The position numbers and the translations under genes are program-made. A stretch of 64,000 bases of DNA from Octopus sinensis (lineage: Eukaryota): contig NC_042997.1 in the NCBI RefSeq assembly GCF_006345805.1, positions 26,474,001-26,538,000 on the forward strand. Reading direction: 5' to 3'. Shown here piece after piece: positions 26,264 through 37,487 of the stretch (position 1 is its first letter; each line of letters opens with the position of its first letter). Below the pieces are notes generated by a model. That model ran no database searches. It was given only the letters and a program-made list of their open reading frames with translations, and had not been told where the DNA came from.

Positions 26264-26479
26264 TATATGCATACATATATCTCTCTCTCTATATATACAT
26301 ATATATTGCATATATATGCATACATACATACATATATGTATACATACACATACATATGTATATATATATATATGTATACATGTATGCATATATATATATA
26401 TATGTACGTATAATTTTATATGAAAATAGGAGTTTGCCAAAAAATATTTTCCGGTATTTTTCAATTCTCATGCATACTT
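26110..26479. mobile_element. MITE-like element, ~72-bp inverted arms around a (CA)n(TA)n core
   Basis: Arms 26110-26182 and 26408-26479 (AAGTATGCATGA..TTGAAAAATACCGGAAAATATTTTT). Confidence 0.8.
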
Positions 26480-26599
26480 ATATATATATATTGTTAGCCA
26501 ATAAAAACACACGCACTATATATTTGGTGTTATTTTGCTTCCGAAATATAACAATATCTGTTTCAACACACGACTTCACATAAAAAATCTTGCACAACA

Positions 26600-26696
<97 letters not shown>

Positions 26697-27139
26697 TACA
26701 TACATACATATATATATATATATACATACACATACATACATCAATGCATAGTTTTGGTTGTGCGTGTGTGTGTGGGTTTGGGTTTGTGTATATACATCAC
26801 TTGACAGAGAACAACGCATACCTATTCATCACTATTTCTCACTGCTTCCTGTATCGAAATAACATAGTATATAATACGTCAGAGACAGTTCAGTTTTTTT
26901 TCACTTCTCACTGAGCGTCAAACTAATAACACCCTGTTATCACTTTGCGCATTTTTGTTATATATGCTTTTTATTTTTGAAACTATACATAGTCACATGT
27001 GTCTGTCTGTGTGCAGCATATTATAATATATATTTATACAAAGAAGGAGAGGGACAGAGACTGAGAAAAAGAAAGAGAGAGAGAGAGTGATCATTGACAT
27101 ATTTTTCTTCTAAATTCCCATAACACAAAACAATATTTC

Positions 27140-27262
<123 letters not shown>

Positions 27263-27960
27263 CCTTTGCACAGCTTCTAACGCTGGAGATGTACTACGAT
27301 GTCAGCTGTTCACTACCAGTGAACTAAGGTAACACCTCTTATTTTTTGAGCACCTTCCGGAGTATTCGAGCGGTTCCAAGCAGTGCTGTTTTCTGCGAGT
27401 GCTCTACCCTTATTGCAGCCCCTATTTGTTCTACGTACTTCTCGAGATTTTTGCTCAATGTTCCCAGGGCTCCAACAATTATTGGTACTACTGCTACCTT
27501 TTTCATCGACCACAACTGTTTAACTTCCCAAGGTAACCTGTCATATCTCTCGACTTATTCTTTCTTCCTTATCGCATTCCTTCTTGTCAGCTGGGCATGC
27601 TATATCTATGATCCAGCATAGTTTTTTTTCTTTCTCAAGACTATGTCCGGCTTCCTATTCTCTATCTCATGGTGGCACTGAATCATAAAATCCCATAGGA
27701 TCTTTGCATTTCTATTTTCGACGATGACTTCTGGTTTGTGGTCGTACCAATATTTTGTTCTGTCAAGTCCATACTTGTTGCAGAGTGTCGAATGGACGAA
27801 CCTGGCTATATTGTCATGGTTTCTCTTATATGCCTTCTGGGCTAGTGGCGTACATTGGTTGGTAATATGCCATACAGTTTCACCGTTTTGTCCACAGATT
27901 CTGCACATATCACTTTTTGCTGTGCTGTCTATTCTGTATTTAATGTAGTTTGTTCTTAGT
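27263..27960 (-). mobile_element. R4/Dong-clade CCHC + endonuclease region and 3' end, decayed
   Basis: CRICGQNGETVWHITNQC..YKRNHDNIA..WYDHKPE..ILWDFMIQCHHEIENRKPDI, then VVPIIVGALG..QKTALLGTARILRKVL in a shifted frame. 3' end abuts (TAA)n. Confidence 0.9.
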
Positions 27961-28827
27961 GTTTGCTCTTATAATAATATAAGAATTAGTATTAATGTTG
28001 TTGTTGCTGCTACTGCTGTTGTCATTATCATTTAACTTGCTGAAGGAAAGTTTGCAATGTCTTTGAGGAATAATGTTTGGATATAGCTTATTTTCTTCGA
28101 CATTTATAGAACATTTTGATTTGAACTGACAAGAAGCAATCCCGTGAGATATATAACAGAATACTTTTTCTTACATACTTATATAACTATATCTAAATAA
28201 TTGTCCATCGTATATGCTATGTGATTCAATGTTACCTATGTCAACTTTTACCTACAGCTCGAATAGATTCTTGTCTAAATACAATAATGGCTTTCTTAAC
28301 TTGGTAAAAAGAAAATGTTACATTAAGGTCAGAAGTTGGAATAAAATAAAACCAAATATACCAGGATTAACGGAAGCTAGCAGTGAACCTTACAACGAAC
28401 AGAGTCGATGATTTTTTTCATAAAAGTTATAAAATTCCATAATTTCTATGTTAGTAAATACTGTGGAGTTAGTTTGCTCGAATAAATAATTTCAGTTAAT
28501 GTTAGGAGTCAAAAAAAATCTTCGTAGTGGCCGTAATTCATTCAAAGACTTTAAAGAATTTGGTTCGTTAAATTGATCACTACAGAAAATTTAAGTTATC
28601 ATTTTTTTTCTTATGTTTTATCTGTTTCCGTGATTTGTGACCCTACTGGGGCACTATCTTAAGAGTTTCAGATGAAGAAATCGTCAGTAGTACTTATGCT
28701 TTTTGTTTTTTATAACTTTGGTCCTTATTGTATCAGTATGTTTTGCCAACCCGCTGGTACAGTCACGTAAGCAAACACACACATATATGGAAAGGCACGC
28801 ATACATACGCAACAGGCTTCCACGAAG

Positions 28828-29240
28828 TTTCTTATTTCTTTTATTGCCCACAAAGGGCTACACATGGTGGTGATAGACAAGGATACACAAAAAGATTAAG
28901 CCGATTACATCGACCTCAATGCGTAACTCGTACTTAATTTATCGACCCCGAAATTATGAAAAGTAGACGAAAGACCGCTAAGCATTTCGCCTGGCGAGCT
29001 AAAGTTTCTTATTCCTTTACTGCCCACAAGGGGCTACACACAGAGGGGAGAAACAAGGACAGACAAACGGATTAAGTCGATTACATCGACCCCAGTGCGT
29101 AACTGGTACTTATTTAATCGACCCCGAAAGGATGAAAGGAAAAGTCGACCTCGGCGGAATTTGAACTCAGAACGTAACGTCAGACAAAATACGGCTAAGC
29201 ATTTCGTCCAGCGCGCTAACATTTCTGCCAGCTCGCCGCC
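28828..29240 (-). mobile_element. Two tandem SINE family C copies
   Basis: C tail and core are repeated at ~28828-29007 and ~29008-29240. Confidence 0.85.
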
Positions 29241-29383
29241 TTTCTGTCTACCTAAATTACTCACGACGTATTGATCATCCCAGGCCAATAGTTTAAGGCA
29301 CTTGCAAAATGTGTGACTGAAAATAAAATCAAGTTGTTACAAAGCGAACTTCTCAAGTACATAGTAATGTCCGTGGATTTTAT

Positions 29384-29784
29384 GGAGTGGCTGTGTGGTA
29401 AGTAGCTTACTTAACAGCCACATTGTTCTGGGTTCATTCTCACCACTTGGCACCTTGGGCAAGAGTCTTTTACTATAGCCTCGAACCGAACAAAGCCTTG
29501 TGAATGGATATGATAGACGGAAACTGAAAGAAGCCCGTCGTATATATGTAATTATATATATCTATGTGTATGTATGTTTGTGTGTCCGTGTTTGTCCCCC
29601 TAACATCGCTTGACAGCCGATGGTGGTGTGTTTACCTCCCCGTAACTTAGCGATTCGGCCAAAGACCCCGATAGAATAAGTACTAGGCTTCCAAAGAATA
29701 AGTCCTGGGGTCGATTTGCTTGACTAAAGTCGGTGCTCCGGCATGGCCGTAGTCAAATGAATGAAACAAGTAAAAGAGTAAAGA
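29384..29784 (+). mobile_element. SINE family B
   Basis: GGAGTGGCTGTGTGGTAAG...GAAACAAGTAAAAGAGTAAAG. Confidence 0.88.
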
Positions 29785-30457
29785 ATATGCAATTTGTAGA
29801 TGAAAATGTGATGATTTGAAACTACCTTTCATCTACTTATCAAAATCTGTTCTAATATATTTTGGGTTACGCTAATTATATCGTAATATGATTAAGAGTG
29901 CTGGAAACGCGACAGCTAAACGAATATGTAGACCGAGTGGAATTAGGGATAGTAAAATGCATAAAGCTTCCTTCCGAGTCATATAGGTACATATATACTC
30001 GCCACTGTACATCGGTCCGTCGTAGTGACATTCACTTTTAGAACAAAACGCATCGCCCTTTCCAAGAATAGAAACACCAATCTTGCAACCATGAGTCCAA
30101 CAACCAAGCTACGTGCCTCCACGGGGGATAAATGTAAGATAGTAATATTTCAAAATATAAATCGTTGTAGTTAGTGTAAACACAATGTGACCGAGCAGAT
30201 AAATTGAAATATAGAAAAAGATGGATAATAATAGGCTAAAGAAATGATGATATAAAAGGAGTGTGTCAGAGATATCCGATATTTGTTAACGGTTAAAGTG
30301 ACAAAATAAAAAAGTTAAAGGGTTTAGCTGTGCAAACAACAGAAACGCTGCAAGAGAGGGAAATATTTTTTACTTGCATAACGTAAATAACAGAACACTG
30401 AAAGTAGTTAAGGTGGATGTGTGTACCTATGTGTGTTTGCTTACCTGTGTATGTATA

Positions 30458-30492
<35 letters not shown>

Positions 30493-31055
30493 GTGTGTTG
30501 TGTGTGTGTGTGTGTGTGTGTTTGTATGTATATATGTATGTATTTGTGTAAGTATATATGTATGTATCTATCTAAATACACACCGGTTCACACACACGTA
30601 TACATACCTATGAGTGTCTACATAAATGCTTACATAGACACGCGGAGAGAGTACTCGCACTTTTGTCGTTGGGGAATATTCATTGAATTTGCGATGAATG
30701 TTATTTTCAATATTGATGCTGCAACTATCAGGTTTGTTCAACAACTGGCTATTCTTCTGATCACAAACACTGAAATACTTTTTTTATCAAGTTCTTAAAG
30801 ACCTTCGTCTCAAATTTGAATTCATCATTCAGAGACTAGCTATAAACAACACGACTGAAACCGACAGCATCGACAACGGAGTTGAAGAATCGAAGCAAAA
30901 CATCATCGAAAAAGTAAATAAATTATTTTTAGAGAGAGACTGAAAGGAAAGCAGAACCAATAAGTCCGTATACACACCGTAGTTATGCAACTATATATGT
31001 TGGTGCATATAAATAAAAACGTAGATCTACACACATGCAGTGATATTCAATTTTG

Positions 31056-31088
<33 letters not shown>

Positions 31089-31274
31089 AAACACGCACAC
31101 ACACACACACACACACCACAAACACACATAGGAGCACTTATCTACATATACACTGACATAAATGTTCGGCTATGCACTCGAAGTAGTTTAATTTCCAATA
31201 AAAGAATCTTCCTTCTGGGACAGAAACCAGCTCCTTTTCCATTCGTAAGAATTTTCAGAAATAAAGTTCGTATA

Positions 31275-31573
<299 letters not shown>

Positions 31574-31790
31574 AGGGAATATAATTCCAAACTTACAGGG
31601 AAAAATTCAGAGACCAACTATAAACAACATGGCTGAAAACGACATCATCGACAACACAGTTGAAGAACCGAAGCAAAACAACGTATATATATATATATAT
31701 ATATATAAATTAATTAAGGGTAAAAATTGATATTAGTCAATTAAAACCAGTGGTCTAGCATATTAAAAAAGATCCGAAGATTAAAATATT

Positions 31791-32010
31791 TATATATACC
31801 AATTAAGGACTGAGCACGAAAAGTGGACAGTCAACATGCTAGATATAGACGCCAAATCGCCATTCTCCACAAAGATATGTTCTCAATAAAATAAAATAAA
31901 ATTCGTGCTGAATTTTATTTTATTTGAGAACATAATCTTTGTGGAGAATGGCGATTTGGCGTCTATATCTAGCATGTTGACTGTCCACTTTTCATGCTCA
32001 GTCCTTAATT

Positions 32011-32018
<8 letters not shown>
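31791..32018. repeat. Near-perfect foldback, ~110-bp arms, 5-nt loop, within a (TA)n-flanked repeat
   Basis: Left arm ends at 31904, loop GTGCT at 31905-31909, right arm starts at 31910. Confidence 0.92.
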
Positions 32019-32047
<29 letters not shown>

Positions 32048-32520
32048 TATTGTTGCTTGATGGTAAATATTATTTAATAAACACAATATATGTTTTTATG
32101 AACTACTATTGGTTTCATGCGATGAAACTCACCATACAGTATTTTTTAACACGTGTGGTGTTTCATCGCAATTTTCAGGCAACTCTACTTTCCCCAAATT
32201 TAGCTTCTTTCTATTTTTTTGCTTTTTCGTTTTCCGTTTTTTTCAACCTTTCACCTTTTGTGTCTACGTCTTCCTTGCTTTTTCTCTCATCCTATCGTTT
32301 TTCTTTTTTGTTGTTATGCCATGTGGGCAGTGCCTGAAAATTGCGATGTGATACCGGACGTGTTTAAAACACTGTCTACCATGCTTTCGTTACATAAAAC
32401 TAATAGTGGCATATAAAAACGTATATAGTGTTTATTAAACAATATATATGTATATATATATATATACACAGAGGGAGAGGGAGAGAGAGAGATAGAGATA
32501 GAGAGAGCGAGGGAGAGAGA

Positions 32521-32898
32521 GAAGCACAGCTATGTGGTAAGACGCCTGCTTCTGAAATACATGGTTATATGTTTCGTCTCACTGCGTGGCACCTTGGGCA
32601 TTTGTCATCTATAGCTACGGCAGACCAAAGATCTGTGAGTGGATTAGGTAGACAGAAACTAAAAGAAGCCCATCGTATATAAATGTAGTTGAGTGTGTGT
32701 CTTTGTGTCTGTGTTTGTCCCCTTCAAAACTGGTGTTGTTGAGTTTATGTCCCCGTAACATAACAGTTGGCAAAAGGGACCGATAGAGTAAGTACCAGGC
32801 TTTAAAAAATAAGCACTGAAGTCTATTCATTTGCATAAAAAAATTTTCAAAGCAGTGCTCCAGAATGGCAGCTGTCTAATGACTGAAACAAGTGAAAG
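32521..32898 (+). mobile_element. SINE family B, old diverged copy
   Basis: GCTATGTGGTAAG...CACTGCGTGGCACCTTGGGCA...GACTGAAACAAGTGAAAG. Confidence 0.8.
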
Positions 32899-33169
32899 GT
32901 AATATATATATATATAATAACAAAGGGTAAAATTAATTAATTAAGAAGTAATCAATAATTTCACCAAGTAGAATTCGGCATGAAAAAAGGATCATTTCAC
33001 GGTAAATTTAAGTAATACTTATTAATTAGGGTTCAGCAAAGGTTTGCTTTACCATATACCGAAGTTTAGAAATAGCAGCCAAAAACCTTACCTATTTCTT
33101 CTACTTTAAAAAAGGACTCCCAGAGAAACCAAAATACTTGAAAACAATCAACACAGGCATATATATATA

Positions 33170-33203
<34 letters not shown>

Positions 33204-33321
33204 AATCAAGGAACGGCCATAATAGGCCATTCACCCACTAGAAATAACAGCCAAAAGCTTCAACCGCAAAATAACATCAATTCCGTAAACCAGGAGAAAA
33301 TTAAAAAAACATTTACCTGTA

Positions 33322-33429
33322 ATTTCTTATACGATGCACCGTTTCATCTACTGTTTAATGGTAAACTAACCTGATTAAATTAAATCAAGCCAATCTACCA
33401 TAGGCCCCTTAGATTCATCAGTAAGAAAT
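33322..33429 (-). ncRNA. Type I hammerhead ribozyme, copy 1
   Basis: Minus strand ATTTCTTA-CTGATGA-ATCTA..TAGAT-GAAA-CG-GTGCAT-CG-TA-TAAGAAAT. Predicted cut between 33330 and 33329. Confidence 0.9.
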
Positions 33430-33801
33430 AGCCAAGTCGAACAGATATTTTCACGAGGCATTCCTTCCCTGCCCTCGGCAATATCTGACCTAAAATTTTC
33501 AAATCATATCGCGCCAAATTTATCGGCAGCAAATAAATATAAGCCGCCGATTCCATTACGAAATTAACCAGAAAATCATATTATCAATATAGGGTGGCAA
33601 AAAAAATTTTGTAGAATTTTTTTGCCACCAGCGGCCTAGTGGGAAAAAATTAAATAGTCATAAACCATTTTTAAGTTCAACATCACATCAAGGAACGGCC
33701 ATAATAGGCCATTCACCCACTAGAAATAACAGCCAAAGCTTCAAACCGCAAAATAACATCAATTCCTAAAACCGGAGAAAATTAAAAAACATTTACCCGT
33801 A

Positions 33802-33907
33802 ATTTCTTATACGATGCACCGTTTCATCTACTGTTTAATGGTAAACTAACCTGATTAAATTAAATCAAGCCAATCTACCATAGGCCTTAGATTCATCAGT
33901 AAGAAAA
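33802..33907 (-). ncRNA. Type I hammerhead ribozyme, copy 2
   Basis: Same core and stems II/III. The outer end of stem I has a 1-nt difference. Predicted cut between 33810 and 33809. Confidence 0.88.
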
Positions 33908-34144
33908 GCCAAGTCGGAACAGATATTTTTCACGAGGCATTCCTGTCTAAAAAATTCTACAAATTTTTTTGCCACCCTATATGATTAATTATAATTTTCT
34001 GGGGTAATTCCGATGGAATCGGCGGCTTATATTTATTTGCTGCCGATAAATTTGGCGCGAGTGCGATGATTTGAAAATTTTAGGTCAGATATTGCCGAGG
34101 CAGGGACAGGAATGCTCGTGAAAAATATCTGTTCCGACTTGGCT

Positions 34145-34249
34145 ATTTCTTACTGATGAATCTAAGGGCCTATGGTCATTGGCTGATTTAATTTAATCAG
34201 GTTAGTTTACCATTAAACAGTAGATGAAACGGTGCATCGTATAAGAAAT
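34145..34249 (+). ncRNA. Type I hammerhead ribozyme, copy 3
   Basis: Stem I 34145-34152/34242-34249, CTGATGA 34153-34159, stem II closing ATCTA 34160-34164/TAGAT 34221-34225, GAAA 34226-34229, GTA triplet 34239-34241. Confidence 0.9.
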
Positions 34250-34582
34250 TACAGGGTAAATTTTTTTCAATTTCCTCCTGGTTTACGGAATTGATGTTAT
34301 TTTGCTGGTGAAGCTTTTGGCTGTTTTTCTAGTGGGTGAAAGGCCTATTATGGCCGTTCTTGATTGTGATGTTGAACTTAAAAAATGGTTTATGACTATT
34401 TAATTTTTTCCCACTAGGCCGCTGGTGGCAAAAAAATTCTACAAAATTTTTTTTGCCACCTATATTGATTAATTATATATGTATATATATATATATTATA
34501 TATGTTGGGGTGTGTGTGTGTGTGTTTGGTGTGGTGTGTGTGTGTGTGTGTTTGTGTGTGTGTATATAAAATATATTATGTG

Positions 34583-35214
34583 TTATACATAAATATAAGA
34601 GAGAGTGACCACTATATGGTCGACTCTAGCGCTAAAAATAGATCCGCTATGGTATTAGCCACTAAAAATTGTTCCCAAGGAGAAATAACACAACATTTAA
34701 CGTAAACGAGCAGGGCAAGTGAAAAATAACAAAAATATAGATTAACTCTGGACAATTGTTTCGCTATTAATGTAATATTCAATTTTACTTACACAACATC
34801 TATAGGTCAACAGCAGAATTTGTCTAAAGTACAATTTATTAAATCGCACGCTAAATTTTAACATAACGTCAAACACACGTGTGGTTTAATCTATTGTACT
34901 AGCAGTTATGATTTCAAATTCCCTCGCTAAAAGTGCGATAAGACTTCCGGAAACAAATACTGCATAAAAGATTTACTGCAGTATAATTAAAATTACAAAT
35001 AAGGGTGAAAAATTAGATATTAATTTAATAATACCATCAATTTAACACCAAGTGCTTAGCGCATAAAAAAAACAGGGATACAATAAAAAAATTTATACAT
35101 AAATATAAGAGAGAGTGACCACTATATGGTCGACTCTAGCGCTAAAAATAGATCCGCTATGGTATTAGCCACTAAAAATTGTTTCCAAGGAGAAATAACA
35201 CAACATTTAACGTA
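34583..35214 (-). mobile_element. 510-bp unit with 122-bp terminal direct repeat and a degenerate hammerhead (34746-34818)
   Basis: 34583-34704 is repeated at 35093-35214. Minus strand TTCTG-CTGTTGA-CCTAT..ATAGC-GAAA-C-AATT-GTC-CAGAG. Confidence 0.7.
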
Positions 35215-35299
35215 TGTGTATTAATATATATATAGTATATATATAATATTATATATATATATATATATATAGAATATATATAATATATATATAGATATA

Positions 35300-35480
35300 T
35301 ATATAAGGGAAGTTTACGAAAAAACCAAAAGACGAAGACAGGTGGTGTACAAAACCAAACAGATGTATTAGTATAGCGCTCAGGAATAGAAAAAGTCTTT
35401 TACGTTTCGAGCCTACGCTCTTCTACAGAAAGGTACTCAGAAAAAACAAGGGAGAGTAAAAAAAAATATTTGTAAAGAAT
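35300..35480 (-). mobile_element. Family D element with minimal hammerhead-like motif at 35397-35432
   Basis: CTTT-CTGTAGA-A-GAGC-GTAG-GCTC-GAAA-C-GTA-AAAG. Confidence 0.75.
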
Positions 35481-36116
35481 TGTAGAGGTAACACACGAGT
35501 AAGTAGATATTTATGAAAAACAAGAACGAAAATGCTACTTTCTTAAAATTGGGTACATTTTAATTTTCCTTTTACATGTTTCGGTTTTTGGAAAACCTTA
35601 TCAAACATATGTACTAAAATGGAATATATAAAGAGAGAACTACTAAAAAATTTAAATTTAAATTAAAATTAACATTCATAGTTTACTTTCCTTTTTCCTG
35701 CAAGAAAACGTGATAATATCCTTTGGTTCTGATAGCATGACAAGTTCAACTGACTGTGACCGCAGATTACCACTGTCTGTCTTTGTAAATTAAATAATGT
35801 AACAATGTGGTCAAGAGTTGTTTTCTTAGGAATAGCTGTAGCCGTCGAATAACTAGCAGGAGTAATAATTGTCGACGTGGTGAAGTTGTCACCCCTGGTA
35901 TTTTGGTAGAAATTGGGTTCTTCGACCCCTTGTCTTTATTTCTTATACACACACTCACTGTATAAACATATACATATACATATATATATGCATATATATA
36001 CACACACACACACACATATATATATATACATATAGATACATACACACACTTATATCTATATGAGTGTGTGTATACATATATTTACATGCATGTACATACA
36101 CCAACATACATACACT

Positions 36117-36152
<36 letters not shown>

Positions 36153-36184
36153 CAAATATATACAGATACACATGCACACATACC

Positions 36185-36214
<30 letters not shown>

Positions 36215-36218
<4 letters not shown>

Positions 36219-36325
36219 GCGAGAAGTCACAAAAAAAGAACAAAAGACGAAGACAGGTGGTGTAGACAATAAACAGATGTATTAGAATAATGCTCGGGAA
36301 GTGAAAATATCTTTAACGTTTCGAC
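36215..36325 (-). mobile_element. Family D element 3' part (hammerhead truncated to TCGAAACGTTAAAG), just downstream of the Penelope-like ORF end
   Basis: Matches the D body and ends at (TA)n. Confidence 0.7.
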
Positions 36326-36377
36326 ACATACACACATATGTATTCGCATACATATAAATGAAAATGTTTCAGTGTTG

Positions 36378-36628
36378 CTAGTTTAGAGAATTTAGACTCA
36401 GTCGATAATTTCTTATGAAAGGCATTTCCTTGCTAATGCATTCATTTTGGCTAGCATTGTCTTTCAATTTGTATGGTGGAAACGTTGTGAATTTGGGTAA
36501 TTGGAAGCACATTTATCGATGTGCTGGCTGAGAGGAATTTTCCAGTATTCTGGAATTCTAATTTGAGATTTGTGCACTGCCATCTTCTAACGTAGGCTGT
36601 TTTTTGTGTGTCTAATATATTGCCGTTT
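36378..36628 (-). mobile_element. Penelope-like element: C-terminal half of GIY-YIG endonuclease (inverted relative to RT part)
   Basis: RQYIRHTKNSLR*KMAVHKSQIRIPEYWKIPLSQHIDKC / FTTFPPYKLKD..ISKEMPFIRNYRLSLNSLN*. Confidence 0.85.
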
Positions 36629-36637
36629 TTTTTTTGT

Positions 36638-37487
36638 GGCAATATATTGCTTACATTCAAAACAACTAGAAAAGATATCTCGATGACTGCTTCATCCTCT
36701 GGAATGAAAGTATAGAAAAACTTAACGAATTCCAAACACTTCTAAATGGAATAAATGAAAACCTCCAATTTATGAGTACAGCAGGAACAACAACCGTTTT
36801 TAGATATCCTTATTAAGAAAGTTGTGAAGAAAATAGAGACATATATCTATTACAAACCCATGGACTCGAAACAGTACCTTCCATTTGATTCTTGCCACCC
36901 AAGACACACCAGGATGGATATCTCATTTTGTTCAGCCAAAAGAATATGCACAATATTATCAGACGCAAATACCAGTTACACACAACTCCAGGAATTGAAA
37001 ACCACACTCATCAATAGGAATTACTCACAATCCTTAATCGAGAACACGATCCAACGAGTACTTAAATTAAATACACAAGAACTTAGACAACCAAGACCAA
37101 AGAAAGAAGAAAAATTGAAGATTCTGCTTTACATCTCCACACACAACCCACATAAGGATGGGACCTTCAAAACTATACTCCACAGCACTGCTATACTCAA
37201 GAGAGATCCAAAGATGAATCAAACCCTCAAAGCACACACAATTAAAAGTAAGAAACAAGCAAACTCAATGAAAAAGATTTTAACCCAGGCCAAATTACAC
37301 TCAACAATAACCACTAAGCCGGCAGTAATAAGATGAAGGGGAAACCCAACTGTGGGATTTGTATCAACATAATAGAAGGATCCGAACACCGATTAGAACA
37401 AGGCCATAATTTCACCATAAAAACTAATTTTACATGCGCATCGAAGAACATGATTTGCTCAAATTACATGCTCGGGATGTAAACGGC
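36638..37487 (+). mobile_element. Penelope-like element (Naiad/Neptune-type): RT core-thumb, CxxxxCxxC linker and start of GIY-YIG, decayed
   Basis: *KRYLDDCFILW (36667 onward), PFLDIL, YYKPMDSKQYLPFDSCHPRHT, KSKKQ..KKILTQAK, KPNCGIC, NFTCASKNMI, ITCSGCKR. Confidence 0.9.

Larger units (their letters stand above)
33201..34476. mobile_element. Retrozyme-like array: ~480-bp non-coding unit, ~1.55 tandem copies on minus (33201-33947) plus ~1.1 inverted copy on plus (33948-34476)
   Basis: Direct repeat with period 480 (33322 vs 33802) and inversion junction at 33947/33948. Each copy carries a hammerhead. (TA)n flanks both ends. Confidence 0.9.
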
